DNA from: Fidelibacterota bacterium
GTDB taxonomy: Bacteria; Fidelibacterota; Marinisomatia; Marinisomatales; TCS55
Reading direction: 5' to 3'
DNA: 39,001 nt
Assembly (NCBI GenBank): GCA_046861385.1
Contig: JBHHTW010000021.1
Span: 1-39,001, forward strand
The notes under the pieces were generated by a model. It was not told the origin of the DNA. It saw only the letters and a list, made by a program, of their open reading frames with translations, and did not search any database. Positions 22,818 to 32,655 of the stretch are shown here, in pieces. Made by a program: the position numbers and the translations under genes. Position 1 is the first letter of the stretch. Each line of letters starts with the position of its first letter.

Positions 22818-24874
22818 TATCCGTTAAATACTGTTTTTACTAATATTTCAATATCAAAAGTTAAACTTTGATTTTGAACATAATAATGATTAAGTAACCG
22901 TCTGTCCTGATCTGAAAATTTAACATTTCTTAACTGCTCAAGTCCTGTGATGCCAGGAGAACAAATGAGTTGCGGATCTTTTTCAGTTGTTGGAATTAAT
23001 GGCGAACCCACCAAACTCATTTTCCCAAGAATTACAGCAGGTAACAAGGGCAAATCTCTGATAAAACTATGTTTACTGTCAAATATATATCCATGAAATG
23101 AGGTACTGTCTTGACCCCATAATTCAACTTTTTTAGGAGATCCCCAAAATAATCTGATTAACAGGATCGGGAGAAATATAACAAATAAGATGGAAGAAAC
23201 AATCGTATCAAAAAGACGCTTTGTAATAGCGTGCAGCCGGTGAAAAAGAGTGTATTCAATATTAACAAATGAATATTCTCCTATTTCCTCAATAGAGGCT
23301 TTCCCGAGCAAAATATCCTGGTGTCTCGGGACCATTCTATAGGTCAGGCGCATTTCTTTCGTTTCATCCATAATATTTAGGATCTCTTCATTGGTAAATG
23401 CCGCATTTGAAAATATAAGTTCCCGGACCGCATAAGTTTGAACGATTCCTTTCAAATCCTGAATTCTACCTAAAAATGGTAAAGGTAAATCGTCGTTTCG
23501 AAGTTGTTTATCTACAAATCCGATAACATCCAGTCCTGTATCAAATCGTTTTAACATGTGGTTCGCAATGCGTATGCCATCACTTTCAGAACCAACAACT
23601 AATGTTTTTCGCGTGAAAAGAATATTGTGTTTATCCTTAATGGGTCGTAATAATCCTCGTGACATGAGATAATGAACTAAGATTCTCCAGCCGGGGATAA
23701 AAATCGTAATAATGATGGTAGCAAAAATGATGACTAAACGTGAAAAAGCGTACTGTTTGAAAAAATATGTGAATGCGACAGCAATAAAAAATCCCGTTAA
23801 TGAAGACAGAACAGCGCGGGTATACGATAAAATATAGCGGGAGTAAAGTTGAAATAATGAACCGACCGCGATCCAGAAAAGGATATAAACAACCGGCACT
23901 AACCCGCGACTTAATACTACCGGTTCAAAATGATCAAATCGAAATGGAATGGCTATCAGAAATGCAGCCGTGACCACAACCCCATCGAAGAATATAGATA
24001 ATATTTGTGAACGCATCTCCATTAATAATGTGATTGCTTTGCGTAAAAGAATGCCCGTTCTGATGGCAAGGGTTGTTAATACACCAGTACTGGTTGAAAA
24101 ATGCTTTCCTGCGAAGAGTATCATTGCTTTATAAAATGCATTGATACTGTCAAAGGGTGCAGATTTCACCGACTCACCTTGATAGTGGACAATTTGTGTC
24201 GCTGGAAGGTAGTGAATTTCAAATCCCTTTTGCCAGATTCGATAACATAAATCTAAATCTTCACCAAACATAAAAAATTGTTCATCAAAACCATCCAATT
24301 CCTCATAAAGTGTCTTCCTCAGGAACATACAAGAACCACTAATGGCATCAACGACATGGGTTTGATCCGGATCCAGGTAGGACAAATTATATTTTCCCGC
24401 CCACTTCGAATTCGGGAATAAACTATCCAAGCCTAATATTTTGGGTATGGCAACATTTAAAGTTGGAAACGATCGCTTACAGGCAGGTTGAAGTGTTCCA
24501 TCCGCATTGAGGATTTTAGGACCCACCATCCCAACCCTTTCATGTTCATTGAGGTAGTGAACAAATGTTGAAATTGTATTTTCCTGTACAACCGTATCGG
24601 GATTTATGATGAATAAATAGTCTCCCTCGGCGATTTTTGCCGCTTGATTAACTGCTTTTCCAAATCCGACATTTTGATCATTGGCTATTAATTTTACGTC
24701 GGTAAACCTATTTTTTATGTAGTCAACTGTCCCATCAAATGATTGATTGTCAACAACAATAATTTCGACATGGTTATAATCTGATCGCATCAATGAATCA
24801 ATGGCATGATCCATATAATTTTTTACGTTGTAACTGACAATCAGTACAGAAACTTTTTTATTCATGTTAACCAT
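22817..24874 (-). CDS. GT2 glycosyltransferase fused to TM/CoA-binding/sugar-transferase-like domains
   Basis: IVSYN, VVDNQS.D, NVGFGKAVN and GFDEQFFMFGEDLDLC; C-terminal KRLFD...MSLVG...PGITGL. Confidence 0.88.
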   Translation of the reverse strand: MVNMNKKVSVLIVSYNVKNYMDHAIDSLMRSDYNHVEIIVVDNQSFDGTVDYIKNRFTDVKLIANDQNVGFGKAVNQAAKIAEGDYLFIINPDTVVQENTISTFVHYLNEHERVGMVGPKILNADGTLQPACKRSFPTLNVAIPKILGLDSLFPNSKWAGKYNLSYLDPDQTHVVDAISGSCMFLRKTLYEELDGFDEQFFMFGEDLDLCYRIWQKGFEIHYLPATQIVHYQGESVKSAPFDSINAFYKAMILFAGKHFSTSTGVLTTLAIRTGILLRKAITLLMEMRSQILSIFFDGVVVTAAFLIAIPFRFDHFEPVVLSRGLVPVVYILFWIAVGSLFQLYSRYILSYTRAVLSSLTGFFIAVAFTYFFKQYAFSRLVIIFATIIITIFIPGWRILVHYLMSRGLLRPIKDKHNILFTRKTLVVGSESDGIRIANHMLKRFDTGLDVIGFVDKQLRNDDLPLPFLGRIQDLKGIVQTYAVRELIFSNAAFTNEEILNIMDETKEMRLTYRMVPRHQDILLGKASIEEIGEYSFVNIEYTLFHRLHAITKRLFDTIVSSILFVIFLPILLIRLFWGSPKKVELWGQDSTSFHGYIFDSKHSFIRDLPLLPAVILGKMSLVGSPLIPTTEKDPQLICSPGITGLEQLRNVKFSDQDRRLLNHYYVQNQSLTFDIEILVKTVFNG

Positions 24875-25124
24875 ATTATTTCAAAAGCCGGCTCCAATTC
24901 ATTTTCCAATTCCAGACCCTCGTTCAGGATTTACTGGATTTATTTTGAAAATAAACTTTTGGGAAGTTTGGAACTTTCGCAAAGTCCAACAATCCATTCA
25001 TCTCAATATTCCATTTCCCATATACTATGTTCCATCTTTCACAGGTAACCGCTCCACATTTTACCCCGCTTTCGCTCCGTCTCCGGCGGGCAGGCACTCC
25101 ACCAGTTACAACTCCACTACTCAC

Positions 25125-25175
25125 CATTTTACATCTACCATCTGCCATTTTCCATTTCACATCCTCCATCTTCCA
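25125..25175. repeat. degenerate heptamer tandem repeat (CAT-led units, x7)
   Basis: catttta catctac catctgc cattttc catttca catcctc catcttc ca. Confidence 0.75.
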
Positions 25176-25179
25176 TGCT

Positions 25180-25896
25180 TCACTTATGCCAACCAAAGAT
25201 TTTCCAAATCCTCAAACGCCAAACCATAAAAACTGCCTCAATCATTATGGCTCTGGACATCTTCGAGTCACCAATTGTGCGATCGATGAATATAATGGGA
25301 TGTTCACCAATTTTATACCCTTTTTGCCAGGCTCGAAAATTCATTTCAATCTGGAAAGAATAACCTTGGGATTTAACCGAAGGCAAATCGATGCTCTCTA
25401 ATACTTCCCGTCGCCAAACTTTAAATCCGCCGGTAGCATCGTTCACAGGCAATCCGGTAACTATCCTTGAATATAGATTTGCACCGTAACTCAAAATCAA
25501 TCTTCGAATGGGCCAATTCACCACACTAACACCATGAACATATCGACTGCCAATTACCACATCATTTTTCTCTAATAGACGAATCATTTCCGGAATTTCA
25601 TTGGCATCGTGTGAACCATCGGCATCCATTTGGACAATTGTATCATAATCGCGCTCCAATGCCCATTTAAATCCGTGGCAGTATGCAGTACCCAGACCGG
25701 CCTTTCCCGGACGTTTTTCCAAATGAAGATTATGATACCGGGTTTGAAACCGTTCAACAAGACCAGCGGTTCCGTCCGGTGAATTATCATCTATAATGAG
25801 CAAGTAATAATCTTCATTCAGGGAGAATACATGCTCAATTAAATCGGCAATGTTTTTACTTTCGTTATAAGTAGGTGAAATAATTAAGGTTTTCAT
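25180..25896 (-). CDS. polyprenol monophosphomannose synthase (DPM1-like GT2)
   Basis: PTYNE, DDNSPDGT, GLGTAY, QMDADGSH, DATGGFK and GYSFQIE motifs. Confidence 0.92.
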   Translation of the reverse strand: MKTLIISPTYNESKNIADLIEHVFSLNEDYYLLIIDDNSPDGTAGLVERFQTRYHNLHLEKRPGKAGLGTAYCHGFKWALERDYDTIVQMDADGSHDANEIPEMIRLLEKNDVVIGSRYVHGVSVVNWPIRRLILSYGANLYSRIVTGLPVNDATGGFKVWRREVLESIDLPSVKSQGYSFQIEMNFRAWQKGYKIGEHPIIFIDRTIGDSKMSRAIMIEAVFMVWRLRIWKIFGWHK

Positions 25897-26756
25897 TTCA
25901 GTGCGAGTAACTTGGCATTTCTAATATTCGTGAGAGTGTTAGGGGGTAAAATACTAAAATGATTTTCAATTTTGGTTGTTTTCAGTCCGCATTTTAACGG
26001 TCGTTTTGCCGGTTGGTTCAATTCTTTTGTTGTAATTGGTTCAATCAGGCTATCGTTCAATTCATATACATTAGCAATAAGACAGGCAAATTCATAACGA
26101 TTTAATTGATCTGCACTGCCATAATGATAAATTCCTCTTGCATCAAAATGTAATAACTGGTCAATCACTCTGCTCAAATCTACTGTCCAGGCAGGATTAT
26201 TCCATTGATCCTTTACTATTCGAATTTTTCTATTATTTTTTAATTCCTCCACCACCCAATCAGCGAAACTCGCCTTAAAATTTCCACCGATGTTCCAGAC
26301 AACATTCGTTCGTAGAATGATCCAATCATTGGAACATTCCCGGACTTTTTCTTCAGCGTCCAATTTTGTTTGTCCATATACATTGATTGGATCCACTTCA
26401 TCTTCTTCACTGTAAGGTCCATTTTTACCATCAAATACATAATCAGATGAAATCATTATAAATTTACCATCAAAATGATTTAATAGATTTACGGTACCCT
26501 GTACATTAATGAGTTGAGCCTGATCAGGATTTTGTTCACATCCGTCGACATTCGTCATGGCAGCCAAGTGGACAATAATATCCGGCTGCTCATTCTCTAA
26601 TAAAAGTTTTACCTGTTCTTTATCCGAAATATCCAGTAGTAAAATATTCTCATCTGTTCCAGCTTGAATGAGGTCTGTTTTTATCTGAATATATCTATTC
26701 AACTGCAGGGATTCTCCCAATTGTCCAGCAGCGCCTGTTATTAATACTTTTTCCAT
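25893..26756 (-). CDS. rfbD: dTDP-4-dehydrorhamnose reductase
   Basis: ITGAAGQLG, AAMTNVDGCE, SSDYVFDG and YGQTK motifs. Confidence 0.88.
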   Translation of the reverse strand: MEKVLITGAAGQLGESLQLNRYIQIKTDLIQAGTDENILLLDISDKEQVKLLLENEQPDIIVHLAAMTNVDGCEQNPDQAQLINVQGTVNLLNHFDGKFIMISSDYVFDGKNGPYSEEDEVDPINVYGQTKLDAEEKVRECSNDWIILRTNVVWNIGGNFKASFADWVVEELKNNRKIRIVKDQWNNPAWTVDLSRVIDQLLHFDARGIYHYGSADQLNRYEFACLIANVYELNDSLIEPITTKELNQPAKRPLKCGLKTTKIENHFSILPPNTLTNIRNAKLLALK

Positions 26757-26881
26757 GTATACTATTTTCTTTTAATCAGGCTTTTGATAGTTCGATTATT
26801 ATTTTTTCCTCTAACTGATAAATATCAGTCATTTCAGGCTATTTGTTAAAAGAAAGTATAATCGGTCAATCATGGAACGCA

Positions 26882-27889
26882 TTATTTATTTTGTTCCACA
26901 TAAAATGACCGGGCAATAATATCTAACTGGCGCAGAAATAAATATTTATCTTCACCGGGACTAAAAATCAGTGTATGGATATAATAAGTGCGATCCGTAA
27001 TTCCATCATAAAAAGTATAAGCAATAAAAGGTCCGCCTAGGGGTTCATCAATCGATTCCCATAAGCCAGTCAACCGCCATCCGGACCATTCATTAAATAA
27101 TATTGGTTTTACTCTAAACTGATAATCGATATAACGAATATGATTAAAAAACCTTCCAGGAATATTTTTTGCAAAAACCTCCGCTTCCATTTCATCATGA
27201 ATAACCATTCCTTCTTCCCAATGGATAATCACCCAGCGAAATGGTTGTTCTCTCCCAATCCAGAATAAATTTGCTTCTGCACTATCGATGACTACCGAGA
27301 ATCCCCAGGGAATTTTTATGGCAAAACCGTGCCGGTTAAACAAATCTTCTTCCAATTTTTCTTTGCGGACACGTTTAAAAAGGAATCTGCTCTGGCGGTC
27401 GATAAATTGTTGTTCAAATATTTCATATATTTTTTGACCGACATCTTCGGTTTTATCAATCAATTCTTGCGTTGATGAACCGCTGATCACTAGCATTGTT
27501 TGTCTGTCAGCATACACATCTTGTGACACTATAAACGACGATTGGCCGCTTTTGGAATTATTGTAAGTATTCTCCGGCAACAACTCTTTGACCAATCGGG
27601 TTCCGGGATTAGTCATATCATTATTTACGGAAATAACAACGAGATTTGGATGATTTCTTACTTTTCCAATTTCACTTGGTCGAACGAATTTTGATTTATA
27701 ATACGGTTCGCGGGCCGGCGTAAACAATGTATCCCTGAAAATATGGCCAAGAATCGATATGGCTGCATCTCTATCTTCCAGAGCAGCCAGGACAATCAGC
27801 TCATCGTCGGCTCCCTTTGAAACCGGTTTGCCGCATCCACTCATAAATAATGAAGTAGTAATGATTATGATCGGTAATATATTTTTCAT
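26882..27889 (-). CDS. DUF4837-like lipoprotein
   Basis: Lipobox MSGC; GLWE....GGPF..Y; K...LRQL..IA.SF. Confidence 0.7.
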   Translation of the reverse strand: MKNILPIIIITTSLFMSGCGKPVSKGADDELIVLAALEDRDAAISILGHIFRDTLFTPAREPYYKSKFVRPSEIGKVRNHPNLVVISVNNDMTNPGTRLVKELLPENTYNNSKSGQSSFIVSQDVYADRQTMLVISGSSTQELIDKTEDVGQKIYEIFEQQFIDRQSRFLFKRVRKEKLEEDLFNRHGFAIKIPWGFSVVIDSAEANLFWIGREQPFRWVIIHWEEGMVIHDEMEAEVFAKNIPGRFFNHIRYIDYQFRVKPILFNEWSGWRLTGLWESIDEPLGGPFIAYTFYDGITDRTYYIHTLIFSPGEDKYLFLRQLDIIARSFYVEQNK

Positions 27890-27893
27890 AATG

Positions 27894-29426
27894 CTAATCT
27901 AATAAGCTGATGAATTTAACATGAACTTTTCCGGCAGCGAAAGCCTCATCCCTGGGCCAGCCGAAACTGATTTCTAATATGGAATTATTTGTTCGCTGGC
28001 GAAATCCAAATCCCCTGGAATATTTAAAAGGTGACTGGTAATTAAACGCCAAATCCACAAATGGATACAACTGTATATTATGATTAGGTATAAATAAAAT
28101 ATTCCCATTGAATATGGAGACTAAATCATCTTTGAATATATCTTCCTGATAACCTCTAAGGGAATTATGTCCGCCATATTTGAACATTTGTCCATCATGA
28201 ACGTTTTCGATCCCGCCGGAATTATGTACTGCATTATTCCGGATTTTCATTTGGATTGATAAATGATTCGATAATGAAACCAATTTTTCAAACAGCATCT
28301 CGAATCTAAATGTTGATCCTTTTTTATATATTTTCCCGACTTCAGTACTCACATCCAAATAGGTCCCTTGCGTAGGAAGCCAGCGATTATTGCGATTGTC
28401 AGAAGTTAATGCAATGGTGAAAGATTCAGAACGAAATGAATTAATTCCGATAGATTTCCCTTTTTGGGTGGGTGATAATGTTTCCGCATTCCCCCCTAAA
28501 TACCATTTACCTGCAATATTTACCACAGAAAATGCCCCATACATTTTGTTTAACACATAATTCCCGTCACGAAAGTCTTGTATATATTCAATTTTTACAC
28601 CAAATGGTAATCTGAACGGATAGGGTTCTTCGTGCATGACTCTAGTGTATTGCGATTTTTCATTCTGTCGTTTCCAGATGATGTCTGTCGCACTGGCTGT
28701 CCTCCATGTATTTTCAAGTCTCATTTCGATTTCACCTGAGTAGGTCCACTTCTTATTATCATTTTGTACTGCGCCTATTATACCGGAAAAATGGCTGTTG
28801 AAGTCGGGGGTAAAATCAACGAATGCACCAAGTTGATCGATCTCAGTTCGACCAATCATAATATTCAAATCCTTGGGGATAAATGAAAATCCTGCCTGGA
28901 GCTGCTGTCCAAATGGCTGAATTGAATTCGATTGGTCTATTCGATACAACGGTGAAAATATTTTTTCTAAAATGTCATCATTGATGGGAATAGATGAATC
29001 GAATAATATACTGTCGATCATTTTTGAATCATATGAGAAATCATATATTAAACGATGATGATCATTTTCCACCAAAACCATATTTCCACCAAAAAAACCT
29101 CGATGGATTAATTGTTCAGTTAAAACATGTTCCACTGAATCGATCGGCTCATTGGGAAATGGTATTCCATCAACGACGAGTGAAACGGTCTGTCCGTAGG
29201 ATATTGAAGAAAATAGTATTACTCCTGCGGAGATTAGCCACAGTGGTCGAATGAACCAGTTCGGGCGATTTTGCGAAACGTAAGTATAACCGATTTTTTT
29301 CAGTCTCCTATAGAATCGATATTTTTCCTGATCATGGTCCCAATTCGAATAAAATGAAGGGGTCGGACAGGTCGCCCAATTAGACCTTTTGGATGCAACC
29401 TCTATTCTACTTTTAAAAATACGCAC
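27894..29426 (-). CDS. Omp85/BamA-TamA-like outer-membrane protein
   Basis: GGHNSLRGYQE (VRGY-like loop), DNRNNRWLPTQG and a C-terminal beta strand; start uncertain. Confidence 0.7.
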   Translation of the reverse strand: MRIFKSRIEVASKRSNWATCPTPSFYSNWDHDQEKYRFYRRLKKIGYTYVSQNRPNWFIRPLWLISAGVILFSSISYGQTVSLVVDGIPFPNEPIDSVEHVLTEQLIHRGFFGGNMVLVENDHHRLIYDFSYDSKMIDSILFDSSIPINDDILEKIFSPLYRIDQSNSIQPFGQQLQAGFSFIPKDLNIMIGRTEIDQLGAFVDFTPDFNSHFSGIIGAVQNDNKKWTYSGEIEMRLENTWRTASATDIIWKRQNEKSQYTRVMHEEPYPFRLPFGVKIEYIQDFRDGNYVLNKMYGAFSVVNIAGKWYLGGNAETLSPTQKGKSIGINSFRSESFTIALTSDNRNNRWLPTQGTYLDVSTEVGKIYKKGSTFRFEMLFEKLVSLSNHLSIQMKIRNNAVHNSGGIENVHDGQMFKYGGHNSLRGYQEDIFKDDLVSIFNGNILFIPNHNIQLYPFVDLAFNYQSPFKYSRGFGFRQRTNNSILEISFGWPRDEAFAAGKVHVKFISLLD

Positions 29427-32400
29427 GAACCTCTCCGTTCACTGTGATGAATTGATCGTATCTTTGATCTGAAATATAATTCATAGAGACATTGAGCGAT
29501 ACGCCCCTCCCCACGACAAATTGCGCTTGAAGATTTGTTCGAATGGTTTGTCCCAATGCCAGTCCATTTAACGCTTCCGGCGGCAACGATGAAATATGAG
29601 TATCCGTCTTGGTTTGAAACCACTCAAATCTCGATTGGACCCGCCCTTTCGCTCCGATGAATCTTAATATATCGAGCCGGAACCCTAATGCTTGTCCGGA
29701 AAAATCAGTTGCACGATGGGTTCCCTGGTCATTTCCATATTGAACCGCACCTTCAAACGACCAGGGTTCGTTTCTCCATTTCGCTACACCATCCAACCAA
29801 AATCCTTTACTATTTCGCTGCCGAAGGGCAGAGACGGTTGATTCAGCTCGGTCGTTATGGAAGGTCATTAAAACTTCACTCGTCAACCCTTTTATAATCC
29901 GTTGTCTGTATTCAATTCCCTGTTCCTCGCCCACTCGAAGATCTTGACCTCGGTGATCTAATCCATCAAAATTTCTGAGGGTTTGATGCCATACCTTCAG
30001 CAGCTGATTCGTTTTGGGGGATTGATACGCTATTTCATTTCTCATGCTCCATTTGGATCTGGAAAAGGATGTATCACCTAATTCGGGATATAAAAAAGAC
30101 TGTCCCGTTGAAATATTTCCCTCGATGATTGACCGCATCTCCGATCTGAATGTGAAATCTTCCAGTTTTTTTATTCTTGATTTTCCAAAGTCAAAATCGA
30201 ATATTTGCAGTCCGTCCAGCTTAGTGGTTGGATATCGGTCCCCTGTAAAAATCGTATACGCAACATAATCGCCATTTGGATCGCTTACGTATTCATTAAA
30301 ATCAGAATCATAACGATAATCACCCAATCCAACACCGACAGAATCATAGACCAGCGACCGGGATTCTGTGAATGTTTCTTCCAGGGAGGCTTTTAAATCC
30401 CATCGAACCGGATGTCTGGGTTTCCTGAAGGTTGTCTGGATTCTTCCCAACGTAAAATTATAATGCTTATTCGTTAACTTATCATTTTTGATTCGTCGCC
30501 GGATAACGATTTCCTGCGTCCAGCCATTAACATTTTTCGCTAAAAAATCAAAACTGCCGAAGAGTCCCTTCGACCAGAATTCCAAACCATCGCTTGTGGA
30601 ATCCGATTCGATATAATCTAACCGTTCACCAATTCCCAATGAAGTTTCCACCTGATTCTTCGAATATTTTATTCCAAATGTATGATGATCGAAACGATTA
30701 AAATATTCTGCCTCTTCATACATAAAATTATAGAAGGGATGCCAATTTCCCGGTAATATTTCAATCGTACTCCTCCGCTGTCTGAAAAAACCGGTTTCTC
30801 CGTTAATATCATTCAAATAGAAACTTAGTTGGGGAATGGTACGAATTCCTCCGTTAAAGGATGAATAAAGCCGATTGAATGAACTCCGCCCATATTGATA
30901 AGAAGCGGCTGAAACAGATCCGCTTCCCACTTCTCCAAGCTTTAATCCGGTTTCCATTTCATAATATTTTTCGTTTATATTTGGTGATGGTTGAATATTC
31001 CAGTCCCGGTAAAATGTAGCTGATCTTACCCGCTGGAGCTGGTGAAATCGATCATTCTCCTGCCAGGTATTCAACGACAATCGCATAGTCATCTTATCTG
31101 TTAACTGGATGGCATTATTGGATAGAGCCAATGCATAAGCCAAACCGGTGTTGTCGCTATCATCTTTTGGTGAAATTAAATTTTGATCAAAATCAGAAAT
31201 GGCAGTCGATAATTTCACTTCCGTATTATCCCAGATACTATACTCACCGGAGATTTCCAGTAATTGCGTTTCAACCGGACTGACAATTGTTTTTTCTGTA
31301 CTATAAAGGTCATCTCCAACATTTCTCATATTGACAGGTACAAACTCATAGTATATTTCTCCTGTTGGTGATATTAAACGTCGATATTGACCCTTTTCGT
31401 TATCATTAGAAAATGTAATTTGAAATCGATCTGCCGAAGTTGGATCATTGGGACTGTATTCATAATATTCCTTATGAACAAAAATATAATCCCCAGTTGA
31501 GTCCGGGACGATACCCGATTGAGTAACGCTTTTATCCCCTGCTGACTTTAATAAATCAGCCTCTTCTTGAGAGAGATTTATTGAAGCGCCCTTAAATTGA
31601 TCTTTTTCTCGTAACCATGAGAATGTAACTGAACCCCTTTCGTTCATGTCTCTTCTCATTGTACCGCCGGCGATATTTTCAGAATATTGAAAATCCGTAT
31701 ATTGATATTCAATGAGAATCTCAGAATCGGAATGGATCAGGTGTTTTGGAGTAAAATATAGTTCAGCCGTTGAATAATCTATCGTATAATCCCGGTTCTC
31801 CCCTCTGACAAGACGTTTACCGAATAGCCACAATCGTTCGGTTCCAGCTTGTACAACAATATTTCGGTTCCCGGATTCAGAGTCAAGGAAGTACGGTCCC
31901 TGTTTTCCTTCAGACCCTTTAAATTCTTTTTGCCGATAATGTCCTTTAGAACCGGCAAACACCGCAGAGCCAGACCATTTACTAACATTAAAGTTATTCT
32001 TTATACCAATAAGTCTTTTGCTAATATTATTATATTTACCACTATTAAAATCCAGAGTAATATCGCCAGCTGTCATTTGGAATTGCGGATGGGTAACATC
32101 AATATAGATTTGGTCGATTTCTTCCAATGACTGGGTATTTCCTTCCGGCTGAATTGGAGATTGTTCATCCGATAATACACCGTTGATTTGCATATTCTCA
32201 CTCAGTCGTCCCTGTATCTGCATCCTGATTCCGCCCGTCATATCCGTCCCGGCGAGGGGAGACAGAGAGATAGACCGGTAAATGGTACCCGTTGAAAGCA
32301 CATCATTGGAGGAATTCTTTGGTGAATCTATTTTGGCAATTATATCTCCATCATTTTCTCTATTCATTTCCTCATGAAGGGAATCTAACGGGGGTAAATA

Positions 32401-32622
32401 CATGAACATGGGGCCAACCGCTTGGGGGATTCTTAATTGAATCAGACCATTTTCTTCACTATTCTGTTTAACCACCGCATTCAGCGAATCAAGGCTCGGA
32501 TCGGGTTGGGCCCATATCAGGGATGATAAAAACATCAAAACTATTGGTCGTCTATAATTCATTGAGTTCATGGAGGATTTTTCAAGATGTAATGTGGACC
32601 AACAAAAATGCCTTCCGTTCAA
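29413..32622 (-). CDS. large hypothetical outer-membrane protein
   Basis: Signal peptide; PIQPEGNTQSLEE, GPYFL, DYTIDY..AEL.F; ends in RAYF; start may be a downstream Met. Confidence 0.75.
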   Translation of the reverse strand: MNGRHFCWSTLHLEKSSMNSMNYRRPIVLMFLSSLIWAQPDPSLDSLNAVVKQNSEENGLIQLRIPQAVGPMFMYLPPLDSLHEEMNRENDGDIIAKIDSPKNSSNDVLSTGTIYRSISLSPLAGTDMTGGIRMQIQGRLSENMQINGVLSDEQSPIQPEGNTQSLEEIDQIYIDVTHPQFQMTAGDITLDFNSGKYNNISKRLIGIKNNFNVSKWSGSAVFAGSKGHYRQKEFKGSEGKQGPYFLDSESGNRNIVVQAGTERLWLFGKRLVRGENRDYTIDYSTAELYFTPKHLIHSDSEILIEYQYTDFQYSENIAGGTMRRDMNERGSVTFSWLREKDQFKGASINLSQEEADLLKSAGDKSVTQSGIVPDSTGDYIFVHKEYYEYSPNDPTSADRFQITFSNDNEKGQYRRLISPTGEIYYEFVPVNMRNVGDDLYSTEKTIVSPVETQLLEISGEYSIWDNTEVKLSTAISDFDQNLISPKDDSDNTGLAYALALSNNAIQLTDKMTMRLSLNTWQENDRFHQLQRVRSATFYRDWNIQPSPNINEKYYEMETGLKLGEVGSGSVSAASYQYGRSSFNRLYSSFNGGIRTIPQLSFYLNDINGETGFFRQRRSTIEILPGNWHPFYNFMYEEAEYFNRFDHHTFGIKYSKNQVETSLGIGERLDYIESDSTSDGLEFWSKGLFGSFDFLAKNVNGWTQEIVIRRRIKNDKLTNKHYNFTLGRIQTTFRKPRHPVRWDLKASLEETFTESRSLVYDSVGVGLGDYRYDSDFNEYVSDPNGDYVAYTIFTGDRYPTTKLDGLQIFDFDFGKSRIKKLEDFTFRSEMRSIIEGNISTGQSFLYPELGDTSFSRSKWSMRNEIAYQSPKTNQLLKVWHQTLRNFDGLDHRGQDLRVGEEQGIEYRQRIIKGLTSEVLMTFHNDRAESTVSALRQRNSKGFWLDGVAKWRNEPWSFEGAVQYGNDQGTHRATDFSGQALGFRLDILRFIGAKGRVQSRFEWFQTKTDTHISSLPPEALNGLALGQTIRTNLQAQFVVGRGVSLNVSMNYISDQRYDQFITVNGEVRAYF

Positions 32623-32655
32623 ATATGAATTCAGGTATTATGCCAATGGTACTCT

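Noticed and set aside
24806-25401. Several short ORFs over the heptamer tract
   Set aside because: Low-complexity, stop-poor sequence overlapping real genes; no recognisable domain.
26814-26829. Palindrome ACTGATA-AA-TATCAGT upstream of rfbD
   Set aside because: A single short AT-rich occurrence with no U-tract or cognate regulator; may be chance.
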